Below, piece by piece: positions 1-18,000 of a DNA stretch of 64,000 nucleotides. The DNA is from Nemertoderma westbladi. Lineage: Eukaryota; Animalia; Xenacoelomorpha. Below the pieces are notes generated by a model. It saw nothing but the letters and a program-made list of their open reading frames with translations, made no database searches and was not told where the DNA came from. How positions within the stretch are numbered: position 1 is the stretch's first letter; each line of letters opens with the position of its first letter. The stretch is from the NCBI GenBank assembly GCA_032718475.1, contig JAUCBJ010009078.1:1-64000 (forward strand), written 5' to 3'. Position numbers and translations under genes: made by a program.

Positions 1-3000
1 TATAATACATCCTGTAGTTACCACGTAGAACCTATACTATACTATACTACATCCTGTAGTTACCACGTAGAGCCTATACTATAATACATCCTGTAGTTAC
101 CACGTAGAGCCTATACTATACTACATCCTGTAGTTACCACGTAGAGCCTATACTATACTACATCCTGTAGTTACCACGTAGAGCCTATACTATACTATAC
201 TACATCCTGTAGTTACCACGTAGAACCTATACTATACTATAATACATCCTGTAGTTACCACGTAGAGCCTATACTATACTATAATACATCCTGTAGTTAC
301 CACGTAGAACCTATACTATAATACATCCTGTAGTTACCACGTAGACGACCTGTACTATACTATAATACATCCTGTAGTTACCACGTAGAGCCTATACTAT
401 ACTATAATACATCCTGTAGTTACCACGTAGAACCTATACTATACTATAATACATCCTGTAGTTACCACGTAGAGCCTATACTATACTATACTACATCCTG
501 TAGTTACCACGTAGAGCCTATACTATACTATACTACATCCTGTAGTTACCACGTAGAACCTATACTATAATACATCCTGTAGTTACCACGTAGAACGAAC
601 CTGTACTATAATACATCCTGTAGTTACCACGTAGAGCCTATACTATACTATAATACATCCTGTAGTTACCACGTAGAACCTATACTATAATACATCCTGT
701 AGTTACCACGTAGAACGAACTGTACTATAATACATCCTGTAGTTACCACGTAGAACCTATACTATACTATACTACATCCTGTAGTTACCACGTAGAGCCT
801 ATACTATACTATAATACATCCTGTAGTTACCACGTAGAACCTATACTATAATACATCCTGTAGTTACCACGTAGAGCCTATACTATACTATAATACATCC
901 TGTAGTTACCACGTAGAACCTATACTATACTATAATACATCCTGTAGTTACCACGTAGAACCTATACTATACTATAATACATCCTGTAGTTACCACGTAG
1001 AACCTATACTATACTATAATACATCCTGTAGTTACCACGTAGAGCCTATACTATACTATAATACATCCTGTAGTTACCACGTAGAACCTATACTATACTA
1101 TAATACATCCTGTAGTTACCACGTAGAACCTATACTATACTATAATACATCCTGTAGTTACCACGTAGAACCTATACTATACTATAATACATCCTGTAGT
1201 TACCACGTAGAACCTATACTATACTATAATACATCCTGTAGTTACCACGTAGAGCCTATACTATACTATAATACATCCTGTAGTTACCACGTAGAGCCTA
1301 TACTATACTATACTACATCCTGTAGTTACCACGTAGAGCCTATACTATACTATAATACATCCTGTAGTTACCACGTAGAGCCTATACTATAATACATCCT
1401 GTAGTTACCACGTAGAACCTATACTATACTACATCCTGTAGTTACCACGTAGAACCTATACTATAATACATCCTGTAGTTACCACGTAGAGCCTATACTA
1501 TAATACATCCTGTAGTTACCACGTAGAACCTATACTATACTATACTACATCCTGTAGTTACCACGTAGAACGAACCCGTACTATAATACATCCTGTAGTT
1601 ACCACGTAGAACGAACCCGTACTATAATACATCCTGTAGTTACCACGTAGAACGAACCTGTACTATAATACATCCTGTAGTTACCACGTAGAACCTATAC
1701 TATACTATAATACATCCTGTAGTTACCACGTAGAGCCTATACTATACTATAATACATCCTGTAGTTACCACGTAGAACCTATACTATAATACATCCTGTA
1801 GTTACCACGTAGAGCCTATACTATACTATAATACATCCTGTAGTTACCACGTAGAACCTATACTATACTATACTACATCCTGTAGTTACCACGTAGAGCC
1901 TATACTATAATACATCCTGTAGTTACCACGTAGAACCTATACTATACTACATCCTGTAGTTACCACGTAGAACCTATACTATAATACATCCTGTAGTTAC
2001 CACGTAGAGCCTATACTATAATACATCCTGTAGTTACCACGTAGAACCTATACTATACTATAATACATCCTGTAGTTACCACGTAGAGCCTATACTATAA
2101 TACATCCTGTAGTTACCACGTAGAACCTATACTATAATACATCCTGTAGTTACCACGTAGAACCTATACTATAATACATCCTGTAGTTACCACGTAGAAC
2201 CTATACTATACTATAATACATCCTGTAGTTACCACGTAGAGCCTATACTATACTATACTACATCCTGTAGTTACCACGTAGAACGAACCTGTACTATAAT
2301 ACATCCTGTAGTTACCACGTAGAACCTATACTATAATACATCCTGTAGTTACCACGTAGAGCCTATACTATAATACATCCTGTAGTTACCACGTAGAACC
2401 TATACTATACTATACTACATCCTGTAGTTACCACGTAGAGCCTATACTATAATACATCCTGTAGTTACCACGTAGAACGAACCTGTACTATAATACATCC
2501 TGTAGTTACCACGTAGAACCTATACTATAATACATCCTGTAGTTACCACGTAGAGCCTATACTATAATACATCCTGTAGTTACCACGTAGAACCTATACT
2601 ATACTATACTACATCCTGTAGTTACCACGTAGAACGAACCTATACTATAATACATCCTGTAGTTACCACGTAGAGCCTATACTATAATACATCCTGTAGT
2701 TACCACGTAGAGCCTATACTATAATACATCCTGTAGTTACCACGTAGAGCCTATACTATAATACATCCTGTAGTTACCACGTAGAGCCTATACTATAATA
2801 CATCCTGTAGTTACCACGTAGAACCTATACTATAATACATCCTGTAGTTACCACGTAGAGCCTATACTATAATACATCCTGTAGTTACCACGTAGAGCCT
2901 ATACTATAATACATCCTGTAGTTACCACGTAGAGCCTATACTATAATACATCCTGTAGTTACCACGTAGAGCCTATACTATAATACATCCTGTAGTTACC

Positions 3001-6000
3001 ACGTAGAACCTATACTATAATACATCCTGTAGTTACCACGTAGAGCCTATACTATAATACATCCTGTAGTTACCACGTAGAGCCTATACTATAATACATC
3101 CTGTAGTTACCACGTAGAACCTATACTATAATACATCCTGTAGTTACCACGTAGAGCCTATACTATAATACATCCTGTAGTTACCACGTAGAGCCTATAC
3201 TATAATACATCCTGTAGTTACCACGTAGAGCCTATACTATAATACATCCTGTAGTTACCACGTAGAGCCTATACTATAATACATCCTGTAGTTACCACGT
3301 AGAGCCTATACTATAATACATCCTGTAGTTACCACGTAGAACCTATACTATAATACATCCTGTAGTTACCACGTAGAGCCTATACTATAATACATCCTGT
3401 AGTTACCACGTAGAACCTATACTATACTATAATACATCCTGTAGTTACCACGTAGAGCCTATACTATAATACATCCTGTAGTTACCACGTAGAACCTATA
3501 CTATACTACATCCTGTAGTTACCACGTAGAACCTATACTATACTATACTACATCCTGTAGTTACCACGTAGAGCCTATACTATACTATAATACATCCTGT
3601 AGTTACCACGTAGAACCTATACTATACTATAATACATCCTGTAGTTACCACGTAGAGCCTATACTATACTATAATACATCCTGTAGTTACCACGTAGAGC
3701 CTATACTATACTATAATACATCCTGTAGTTACCACGTAGAGCCTATACTATACTATAATACATCCTGTAGTTACCACGTAGAACCTATACTATACTATAA
3801 TACATCCTGTAGTTACCACGTAGAACCTATACTATACTATACTACATCCTGTAGTTACCACGTAGAGCCTATACTATAATACATCCTGTAGTTACCACGT
3901 AGAACCTATACTATACTATAATACATCCTGTAGTTACCACGTAGAGCCTATACTATAATACATCCTGTAGTTACCACGTAGAACCTATACTATACTATAA
4001 TACATCCTGTAGTTACCACGTAGAACCTGTACTATACTATAATACATCCTGTAGTTACCACGTAGAGCCTATACTATACTACATCCTGTAGTTACCACGT
4101 AGAGCCTATACTATAATACATCCTGTAGTTACCACGTAGAGCCTATACTATAATACATCCTGTAGTTACCACGTAGAGCCTATACTATACTATACTACAT
4201 CCTGTAGTTACCACGTAGAGCCTATACTATACTATACTACATCCTGTAGTTACCACGTAGAACCTATACTATACTATACTACATCCTGTAGTTACCACGT
4301 AGAACCTATACTATACTATACTACATCCTGTAGTTACCACGTAGAGCCTATACTATACTATACTACATCCTGTAGTTACCACGTAGAACCTATACTATAA
4401 TACATCCTGTAGTTACCACGTAGAGCCTATACTATAATACATCCTGTAGTTACCACGTAGAACGAACCTATACTATAATACATCCTGTAGTTACCACGTA
4501 GAGCCTATACTATACTATACTACATCCTGTAGTTACCACGTAGAGCCTATACTATAATACATCCTGTAGTTACCACGTAGAGCCTATACTATACATACAT
4601 CCTGTAGTTACCACGTAGAGCCTATACTATACTATACTACATCCTGTAGTTACCACGTAGAACCTATACTATACTATAATACATCCTGTAGTTACCACGT
4701 AGAACCTATACTATACTATACTACATCCTGTAGTTACCACGTAGAACCTATACTATACTATAATACATCCTGTAGTTACCACGTAGAACCTATACTATAC
4801 TATAATACATCCTGTAGTTACCACGTAGAGCCTATACTATAATACATCCTGTAGTTACCACGTAGAGCCTATACTATACTATAATACATCCTGTAGTTAC
4901 CACGTAGAACCTATACTATACTATAATACATCCTGTAGTTACCACGTAGAACCTATACTATAATACATCCTGTAGTTACCACGTAGAACCTATACTATAC
5001 TATAATACATCCTGTAGTTACCACGTAGAACCTATACTATACTATACTACATCCTGTAGTTACCACGTAGAACCTATACTATAATACATCCTGTAGTTAC
5101 CACGTAGAGCCTATACTATACTATAATACATCCTGTAGTTACCACGTAGAGACCTATACTATAATACATCCTGTAGTTACCACGTAGAGCCTATACTATA
5201 CTATAATACATCCTGTAGTTACCACGTAGAACCTATACTATACTATAATACATCCTGTAGTTACCACGTAGAACCTATACTATACTATACTACATCCTGT
5301 AGTTACCACGTAGAGCCTATACTATAATACATCCTGTAGTTACCACGTAGAACAACTATACTATAATACATCCTGTAGTTACCACGTAGAGCCTATACTA
5401 TACTATAATACATCCTGTAGTTACCACGTAGAGCCTATACTATACTATAATACATCCTGTAGTTACCACGTAGAGCCTATACTATACATACATCCTGTAG
5501 TTACCACGTAGAGCCAACTATACTATAATACATCCTGTAGTTACCACGTAGAACCTATACTATACTATAATACATCCTGTAGTTACCACGTAGAACCTAT
5601 ACTATACTATACTACATCCTGTAGTTACCACGTAGAACCTATACTATACTATACTACATCCTGTAGTTACCACGTAGAGCCTATACTATACTATAATACA
5701 TCCTGTAGTTACCACGTAGAGCCTATACTATAATACATCCTGTAGTTACCACGTAGAGCCTAACTGTACTATAATACATCCTGTAGTTACCACGTAGAGC
5801 CTATACTATAATACATCCTGTAGTTACCACGTAGAGCCTATACTATACTATACTACATCCTGTAGTTACCACGTAGAACCTATACTATACTATAATACAT
5901 CCTGTAGTTACCACGTAGAGCCTATACTATAATACATCCTGTAGTTACCACGTAGAACGAACCTGTACTATAATACATCCTGTAGTTACCACGTAGAGCC

Positions 6001-9000
6001 TATACTATACTATAATACATCCTGTAGTTACCACGTAGAGCCTATACTATACTATACTACATCCTGTAGTTACCACGTAGAGCCTATACTATACTATACT
6101 ACATCCTGTAGTTACCACGTAGAGCCTATACTATAATACATCCTGTAGTTACCACGTAGAGCCTATACTATACTATAATACATCCTGTAGTTACCACGTA
6201 GAGCCTATACTATACTATACTACATCCTGTAGTTACCACGTAGAACCTATACTATACTATACTACATCCTGTAGTTACCACGTAGAGCCTATACTATACT
6301 ATAATACATCCTGTAGTTACCACGTAGAGCCTATACTATACTATACTACATCCTGTAGTTACCACGTAGAGCCTATACTATAATACATCCTGTAGTTACC
6401 ACGTAGAGCCTATACTATACTATACTACATCCTGTAGTTACCACGTAGAACCTATACTATACTATAATACACCCTGTAGTTACCACGTAGAGCCTATACT
6501 ATACTATAATACATCCTGTAGTTACCACGTAGAACCTATACTATACTATACTACATCCTGTAGTTACCACGTAGAACCTATACTATACTATAATACATCC
6601 TGTAGTTACCACGTAGAGCCTATACTATACTATAATATACCCTGTAGTTACCACGTAGAGCCTATACTATACTATAATATACCCTGTAGTTACCACGTAG
6701 AGCCTATACTATAATACATCCTGTAGTTACCACGTAGAGCCTATACTATACTATAATATACCCTGTAGTTACCACGTAGAGCCTATACTATAATACATCC
6801 TGTAGTTACCACGTAGAGCAAACCTGTACTATAATACATCCTGTAGTTACCACGTAGAGCCTATACTATAATACATCCTGTAGTTACCACGTAGAGCCTA
6901 TACTATACTATAATATACCCTGTAGTTACCACGTAGAGCCTATACTATAATACATCCTGTAGTTACCACGTAGAGCAAACCTGTACTATAATACATCCTG
7001 TAGTTACCACGTAGAGCCTATACTATAATACATCCTGTAGTTACCACGTAGAGCCTATACTATACTATAATATACCCTGTAGTTACCACGTAGAGCCTAT
7101 ACTATAATACATCCTGTAGTTACCACGTAGAGCCTATACTATAATACATCCTGTAGTTACCACGTAGAGCCTATACTATACTATAATATACCCTGTAGTT
7201 ACCACGTAGAGCCTATACTATAATACATCCTGTAGTTACCACGTAGAACCTATACTATACTATACTACATCCTGTAGTTACCACGTAGAACCTATACTAT
7301 ACTATAATACATCCTGTAGTTACCACGTAGAGCCTATACTATACTATAATATACCCTGTAGTTACCACGTAGAGCCTATACTATACTATAATATACCCTG
7401 TAGTTACCACGTAGAGCCTATACTATAATACATCCTGTAGTTACCACGTAGAGCCTATACTATACTATAATATACCCTGTAGTTACCACGTAGAGCCTAT
7501 ACTATAATACATCCTGTAGTTACCACGTAGAGCAAACCTGTACTATAATACATCCTGTAGTTACCACGTAGAGCCTATACTATAATACATCCTGTAGTTA
7601 CCACGTAGAGCCTATACTATACTATAATATACCCTGTAGTTACCACGTAGAGCCTATACTATAATACATCCTGTAGTTACCACGTAGAGCAAACCTGTAC
7701 TATAATACATCCTGTAGTTACCACGTAGAGCCTATACTATAATACATCCTGTAGTTACCACGTAGAGCCTATACTATACTATAATATACCCTGTAGTTAC
7801 CACGTAGAGCCTATACTATAATACATCCTGTAGTTACCACGTAGAGCCTATACTATAATACATCCTGTAGTTACCACGTAGAGCCTATACTATACTATAA
7901 TATACCCTGTAGTTACCACGTAGAGCCTATACTATAATACATCCTGTAGTTACCACGTAGAGCAAACCTGTACTATAATACATCCTGTAGTTACCACGTA
8001 GAGCCTATACTATAATACATCCTGTAGTTACCACGTAGAGCCTATACTATACTATAATATACCCTGTAGTTACCACGTAGAGCCTATACTATAATACATC
8101 CTGTAGTTACCACGTAGAGCCTATACTATAATACATCCTGTAGTTACCACGTAGAGCCTATACTATACTATAATATACCCTGTAGTTACCACGTAGAGCC
8201 TATACTATAATACATCCTGTAGTTACCACGTAGAGCCTATACTATACTATAATATACCCTGTAGTTACCACGTAGAGCCTATACTATAATACATCCTGTA
8301 GTTACCACGTAGAGCCTATACTATACTATAATATACCCTGTAGTTACCACGTAGAGCCTATACTATAATACATCCTGTAGTTACCACGTAGAGCAAACCT
8401 GTACTATAATACATCCTGTAGTTACCACGTAGAGCCTATACTATAATACATCCTGTAGTTACCACGTAGAGCCTATACTATACTATAATATACCCTGTAG
8501 TTACCACGTAGAGCCTATACTATAATACATCCTGTAGTTACCACGTAGAGCAAACCTGTACTATAATACATCCTGTAGTTACCACGTAGAGCCTATACTA
8601 TAATACATCCTGTAGTTACCACGTAGAGCCTATACTATACTATAATATACCCTGTAGTTACCACGTAGAGCCTATACTATAATACATCCTGTAGTTACCA
8701 CGTAGAGCCTATACTATACTATAATATACCCTGTAGTTACCACGTAGAGCCTATACTATAATACATCCTGTAGTTACCACGTAGAGCAAACCTGTACTAT
8801 AATACATCCTGTAGTTACCACGTAGAGCCTATACTATAATACATCCTGTAGTTACCACGTAGAGCCTATACTATACTATAATATACCCTGTAGTTACCAC
8901 GTAGAGCCTATACTATAATACATCCTGTAGTTACCACGTAGAGCAAACCTGTACTATAATACATCCTGTAGTTACCACGTAGAGCCTATACTATAATACA

Positions 9001-12000
9001 TCCTGTAGTTACCACGTAGAGCCTATACTATACTATACTACATCCTGTAGTTACCACGTAGAACCTATACTATACTATAATACATCCTGTAGTTACCACG
9101 TAGAGCCTATACTATAATACATCCTGTAGTTACCACGTAGAACGAACCTGTACTATAATACATCCTGTAGTTACCACGTAGAGCCTATACTATACTATAA
9201 TACATCCTGTAGTTACCACGTAGAGCCTATACTATACTATACTACATCCTGTAGTTACCACGTAGAGCCTATACTATACTATAATACATCCTGTAGTTAC
9301 CACGTAGAGCCTATACTATAATACATCCTGTAGTTACCACGTAGAGCCTATACTATACTATACTACATCCTGTAGTTACCACGTAGAGCCTATACTATAC
9401 TATAATACATCCTGTAGTTACCACGTAGAACCTATACTATACTATACTACATCCTGTAGTTACCACGTAGAGCCTATACTATACTATAATACATCCTGTA
9501 GTTACCACGTAGAACCTATACTATACTATACTACATCCTGTAGTTACCACGTAGAACCTATACTATACTATAATACATCCTGTAGTTACCACGTAGAGCC
9601 TATACTATACTATAATATACCCTGTAGTTACCACGTAGAGCCTATACTATACTATAATATACCCTGTAGTTACCACGTAGAGCCTATACTATAATACATC
9701 CTGTAGTTACCACGTAGAGCCTATACTATACTATAATACATCCTGTAGTTACCACGTAGAACGAACCTGTACTATACTACATCCTGTAGTTACCACGTAG
9801 AACCTATACTATACTATACTACATCCTGTAGTTACCACGTAGAACCTATACTATACTATACTACATCCTGTAGTTACCACGTAGAGCCTATACTATACTA
9901 TAATACATCCTGTAGTTACCACGTAGAGCCTATACTATACTATAATATACCCTGTAGTTACCACGTAGAGCCTATACTATAATACATCCTGTAGTTACCA
10001 CGTAGAGCCTATACTATAATACATCCTGTAGTTACCACGTAGAGCCTATACTATAATACATCCTGTAGTTACCACGTAGAGCCTATACTATAATACATTC
10101 TGTAGTTACCACGTAGAGCCTATACTATAATACATCCTGTAGTTACCACGTAGAGCCTATACTATACTACATCCTGTAGTTACCACGTAGAGCCTATACT
10201 ATACTATAATACATCCTGTAGTTACCACGTAGAGCCTATACTATACTATAATATACCCTGTAGTTACCACGTAGAGCCTATACTATAATACATCCTGTAG
10301 TTACCACGTAGAGCCTATACTATACTATAATACATCCTGTAGTTACCACGTAGAGCCTATACTATAATACATCCTGTAGTTACCACGTAGAGCCTATACT
10401 ATAATACATCCTGTAGTTACCACGTAGAGCCTATACTATACTATAATACATCCTGTAGTTACCACGTAGAGCCTATACTATAATACATCCTGTAGTTACC
10501 ACGTAGAGCCTATACTATACTATAATACATCCTGTAGTTACCACGTAGAGCCTATACTACAATACATCCTGTAGTTACCACGTAGAGCCTATACTATACT
10601 ATAATACATCCTGTAGTTACCACGTAGAGCCTATACTATAATACATCCTGTAGTTACCACGTAGAGCCTATACTATAATACATCCTGTAGTTACCACGTA
10701 GAGCCTATACTATACTATAATACATCCTGTAGTTACCACGTAGAGCCTATACTATAATACATCCTGTAGTTACCACGTAGAGCCTATACTATAATACATC
10801 CTGTAGTTACCACGTAGAGCCTATACTATAATACATCCTGTAGTTACCACGTAGAGCCTATACTATAATACATCCTGTAGTTACCACGTAGAGCCTATAC
10901 TATAATACATTCTGTAGTTACCACGTAGAACCTATACTATACTATACTACATCCTGTAGTTACCACGTAGAACCTATACTATACTATAATACATCCTGTA
11001 GTTACCACGTAGAACCTATACTATACTATACTACATCCTGTAGTTACCACGTAGAGCCTATACTATACTATAATACATCCTGTAGTTACCACGTAGAGCC
11101 TATACTATACTATAATACATCCTGTAGTTACCACGTAGAACCTATACTATAATACATCCTGTAGTTACCACGTAGAGCCTATACTATAATACATCCTGTA
11201 GTTACCACGTAGAGCCTATACTATACTATAATATACCCTGTAGTTACCACGTAGAGCCTATACTATAATACATCCTGTAGTTACCACGTAGAGCCTATAC
11301 TATAATACATCCTGTAGTTACCACGTAGAACCTATACTATACTATAATACACCCTGTAGTTACCACGTAGAGCCTATACTATAATACATCCTGTAGTTAC
11401 CACGTAGAGCCTATACTATAATACATCCTGTAGTTACCACGTAGAACCTATACTATAATACATCCTGTAGTTACCACGTAGAGCCTATACTATAATACAT
11501 CCTGTAGTTACCACGTAGAACCTATACTATAATACATCCTGTAGTTACCACGTAGAGCCTATACTATAATACATCCTGTAGTTACCACGTAGAGCCTATA
11601 CTGTACTATAATACATCATGTAGTTACCACGTAGAACCTATACTATACTATAATACATCCTGTAGTTACCACGTAGAGCCTATACTATACTATAATACAC
11701 CCTGTAGTTACCACGTAGAGTCTATACTATAATACATCCTGTAGTTACCACGTAGAGCCTATACTATACTATAATACATCCTGTAGTTACCACGTAGAGC
11801 CTATACTATACTATAATACATCCTGTAGTTACCACGTAGAGCCTATACTATACTATAATACATCCTGTAGTTACCACGTAGAACCTATACTATACTATAA
11901 TACACCCTGTAGTTACCACGTAGAGCCTATACTATACTATAATACATCCTGTAGTTACCACGTAGAACGAACCTGTACTATAATACATCCTGTAGTTACC

Positions 12001-15000
12001 ACGTAGAACGAACCTGTACTATAATACATCCTGTAGTTACCACGTAGAACCTATACTATACTATAATACATCCTGTAGTTACCACGTAGAACCTATACTA
12101 TACTATAATACATCCTGTAGTTACCACGTAGAGCCTATACTATAATACATCCTGTAGTTACCACGTAGAACGAACCTGTACTATAATACATCCTGTAGTT
12201 ACCACGTAGAACCTATACTATACTATAATACATCCTGTAGTTACCACGTAGAACCTATACTATACTATAATACATCCTGTAGTTACCACGTAGAACGAAC
12301 CTGTACTATAATACATCCTGTAGTTACCACGTAGAACGAATCTGTACTATAATACATCCTGTAGTTACCACGTAGAACCTATACTATACTATAATACATC
12401 CTGTAGTTACCACGTAGAACCTATACTATACTATAATACATCCTGTAGTTACCACGTAGAGCCTATACTATAATACATCCTGTAGTTACCACGTAGAACG
12501 AACCTGTACTATAATACATCCTGTAGTTACCACGTAGAGCCTATACTATAATACATCCTGTAGTTACCACGTAGAACCTATACTATACTATAATACATCC
12601 TGTAGTTACCACGTAGAGCCTATACTATACTATAATACATCCTGTAGTTACCACGTAGAACCTATACTATACTATAATACATCCTGTAGTTACCACGTAG
12701 AACCTATACTATACTATAATACATCCTGTAGTTACCACGTAGAACGAACCTGTACTATAATACATCCTGTAGTTACCACGTAGAGCCTATACTATACTAT
12801 AATACATCCTGTAGTTACCACGTAGAGCCTATACTATACTATAATACATCCTGTAGTTACCACGTAGAGCCTATACTATACTATAATACATCCTGTAGTT
12901 ACCACGTAGAGCCTATACTATACTATAATACATCCTGTAGTTACCACGTAGAACGAACCTGTACTATAATACATCCTGTAGTTACCACGTAGAACCTATA
13001 CTATACTATAATACATCCTGTAGTTACCACGTAGAGCCTATACTATAATACATCCTGTAGTTACCACGTAGAACGAACCTGTACTATAATACATCCTGTA
13101 GTTACCACGTAGAACCTATACTATACTATAATACATCCTGTAGTTACCACGTAGAGCCTATACTATAATACATCCTGTAGTTACCACGTAGAACGAACCT
13201 GTACTATAATACACCCTGTAGTTACCACGTAGAACCTATACTATACTATAATACATCCTGTAGTTACCACGTAGAGCCTATACTATAATACATCCTGTAG
13301 TTACCACGTAGAACGAACCTGTACTATAATACACCCTGTAGTTACCACGAACCTATACTATAATACATCCTGTAGTTACCACGTAGAGCCTATACTATAC
13401 TATAATACATCCTGTAGTTACCACGTAGAGCCTATACTATACTATAATACATCCTGTAGTTACCACGTAGAACCTATACTATAATACATCCTGTAGTTAC
13501 CACGTAGAACCTATACTATACTATAATACATCCTGTAGTTACCACGTAGAACGAACCCGTACTATAATACATCCTGTAGTTACCACGTAGAACGAACCTG
13601 TACTATAATACATCCTGTAGTTACCACGTAGAACGAACCTGTACTATAATACATCCTGTAGTTACCACGTAGAGCCTATACTATACTATAATACATCCTG
13701 TAGTTACCACGTAGAGCCTATACTATACTATAATACATCCTGTAGTTACCACGTAGAGCCTATACTATACTATAATACATCCTGTAGTTACCACGTAGAG
13801 CCTATACTATACTATAATACATCCTGTAGTTACCACGTAGAACGAACCCGTACTATAATACATCCTGTAGTTACCACGTAGAGCCTATACTATACTATAA
13901 TACACCCTGTAGTTACCACGTAGAGCCTATACTATACTATAATACATCCTGTAGTTACCACGTAGAGCCTATACTATACTATAATACATCCTGTAGTTAC
14001 CACGTAGAACGAACCCGTACTATAATACATCCTGTAGTTACCACGTAGAGCCTATACTATACTATAATACATCCTGTAGTTACCACGTAGAGCCTATACT
14101 ATAATACATCCTGTAGTTACCACGTAGAACCTATACTATACTATAATACATCCTGTAGTTACCACGTAGAACGAACCTGTACTATAATACACCCTGTAGT
14201 TACCACGTAGAGCGAACCTGTACTATAATACATCCTGTAGTTACCACGTAGAGCCTATACTATACTATAATACATCCTGTAGTTACCACGTAGAACGAAC
14301 CCGTACTATAATACATCCTGTAGTTACCACGTAGAACCTATACTATACTATAATACATCCTGTAGTTACCACGTAGAACCTATACTATAATACATCCTGT
14401 AGTTACCACGTAGAACCTATACTATACTATAATACATCCTGTAGTTACCACGTAGAACCTATACTATAATACATCCTGTAGTTACCACGTAGAACCTATA
14501 CTATAATACATCCTGTAGTTACCACGTAGAACCTATACTATACTATAATACATCCTGTAGTTACCACGTAGAACGAACCCGTACTATAATACATCCTGTA
14601 GTTACCACGTAGAACGAACCCGTACTATAATACATCCTGTAGTTACCACGTAGAACCTATACTATACTATAATACATCCTGTAGTTACCACGTAGAACCT
14701 ATACTATACTATAATACATCCTGTAGTTACCACGTAGAACCTATACTATACTATAATACATCCTGTAGTTACCACGTAGAACCTATACTATACTATAATA
14801 CATCCTGTAGTTACCACGTAGAACCTATACTATACTATAATACATCCTGTAGTTACCACGTAGAACGAACCCGTACTATAATACATCCTGTAGTTACCAC
14901 GTAGAGCGAACCTGTACTATAATATAATACATCCTGTAGTTACCACGTAGAACGAACCCGTACTATAATACATCCTGTAGTTACCACGTAGAGCCTATAC

Positions 15001-18000
15001 TATACTATAATACACCCTGTAGTTACCACGTAGAGCCTATACTATACTATAATACATCCTGTAGTTACCACGTAGAACGAACCTGTACTATAATACATCC
15101 TGTAGATACCACGTAGAACGAACCCGTACTATAATATAATACATCCTGTAGTTACCACGTAGAACGAACCCGTACTATAATACATCCTGTAGTTACCACG
15201 TAGAGCCTATACTATACTATAATACACCCTGTAGTTACCACGTAGAGCCTATACTATACTATAATACATCCTGTAGTTACCACGTAGAACGAACCTGTAC
15301 TATAATACATCCTGTAGTTACCACGTAGAACCTATACTATACTATAATACATCCTGTAGTTACCACGTAGAACCTATACTATAATACATCCTGTAGTTAC
15401 CACGTAGAACCTATACTATACTATAATACATCCTGTAGTTACCACGTAGAACCTATACTATAATACATCCTGTAGTTACCACGTAGAACCTATACTATAA
15501 TACATCCTGTAGTTACCACGTAGAACCTATACTATACTATAATACATCCTGTAGTTACCACGTAGAACGAACCCGTACTATAATACATCCTGTAGTTACC
15601 ACGTAGAACGAACCCGTACTATAATACATCCTGTAGTTACCACGTAGAACCTATACTATACTATAATACATCCTGTAGTTACCACGTAGAACCTATACTA
15701 TACTATAATACATCCTGTAGTTACCACGTAGAACCTATACTATACTATAATACATCCTGTAGTTACCACGTAGAACCTATACTATACTATAATACATCCT
15801 GTAGTTACCACGTAGAACCTATACTATACTATAATACATCCTGTAGTTACCACGTAGAACGAACCCGTACTATAATACATCCTGTAGTTACCACGTAGAA
15901 CGAACCCGTACTATAATATAATACATCCTGTAGTTACCACGTAGAACGAACCCGTACTATAATACATCCTGTAGTTACCACGTAGAGCCTATACTATACT
16001 ATAATACACCCTGTAGTTACCACGTAGAGCCTATACTATACTATAATACATCCTGTAGTTACCACGTAGAACGAACCTGTACTATAATACATCCTGTAGT
16101 TACCACGTAGAGCCTATACTATACTATAATACATCCTGTAGTTACCACGTAGAACGAACCTGTACTATAATACATCCTGTAGTTACCACGTAGAGCCTAT
16201 ACTATACTATAATACATCCTGTAGTTACCACGTAGAACGAACCTGTACTATAATACATCCTGTAGTTACCACGTAGAGCCTATACTATACTATAATACAT
16301 CCTGTAGTTACCACGTAGAGCCTATACTATACTATAATACATCCTGTAGTTACCACGTAGAGCCTATACTATACTATAATACATCCTGTAGTTACCACGT
16401 CGAGCCTATACTATACTATAATACACCCTGTAGTTACCACGTAGAGCCTATACTATACTATAATACATCCTGTAGTTACCACGTAGAGCCTATACTATAC
16501 TATAATACACCCTGTAGTTACCACGTAGAGCCTATACTATACTATAATACATCCTGTAGTTACCACGTAGAACCTATACTATACTATAATACATCCTGTA
16601 GTTACCACGTAGAGCCTATACTATACTATAATACATCCTGTAGTTACCACGTAGAGCCTATACTATACTATAATACATCCTGTAGTTACCACGTAGAACC
16701 TATACTATACTATAATACATCCTGTAGTTACCACGTAGAACGAACCTGTACTATAATACATCCTGTAGTTACCACGTAGAGCCTATACTATACTATAATA
16801 CATCCTGTAGTTACCACGTAGAGCCTATACTATACTATAATACATCCTGTAGTTACCACGTAGAACGAACCTGTACTATAATACATCCTGTAGTTACCAC
16901 GTAGAGCCTATACTATACTATAATACACCCTGTAGTTACCACGTAGAACCTATACTATAATACATCCTGTAGTTACCACGTAGAGCCTATACTATACTAT
17001 AATACATCCTGTAGTTACCACGTAGAACCTATACTATACTATAATACATCCTGTAGTTACCACGTAGAGCCTATACTATAATACATCCTGTAGTTACCAC
17101 GTAGAACGAACCTGTACTATAATACATCCTGTAGTTACCACGTAGAACCTATACTATACTATAATACATCCTGTAGTTACCACGTAGAACCTATACTATA
17201 CTATAATACATCCTGTAGTTACCACGTAGAGCCTATACTATACTATAATACATCCTGTAGTTACCACGTAGAGCCTATACTATACTATAATACATCCTGT
17301 AGTTACCACGTAGAACCTATACTATACTATAATACATCCTGTAGTTACCACGTAGAACCTATACTATACTATAATACATCCTGTAGTTACCACGTAGAGC
17401 CTATACTATACTATAATACATCCTGTAGTTACCACGTAGAGCCTATACTATAATACATCCTGTAGTTACCACGTAGAACCTATACTATACTATAATACAT
17501 CCTGTAGTTACCACGTAGAACGAACCTGTACTATAATACATCCTGTAGTTACCACGTAGAACCTATACTATACTATAATACATCCTGTAGTTACCACGTA
17601 GAACGAACCTGTACTATAATACATCCTGTAGTTACCACGTAGAACCTATACTATAATACATCCTGTAGTTACCACGTAGAGCCTATACTATACTATACTA
17701 TAATACATCCTGTAGTTACCACGTAGAACGAACCTGTACTATAATACATCCTGTAGTTACCACGTAGAACGAACCTGTACTATAATACATCCTGTAGTTA
17801 CCACGTAGAACCTATACTATACTATAATACATCCTGTAGTTACCACGTAGAACCTATACTATACTATAATACATCCTGTAGTTACCACGTAGAGCCTATA
17901 CTATACTATAATACATCCTGTAGTTACCACGTAGAGCCTATACTATACTATAATACATCCTGTNNNNNNNNNNNNNNNNNNNNNNNNNNNNNNNNNNNNN

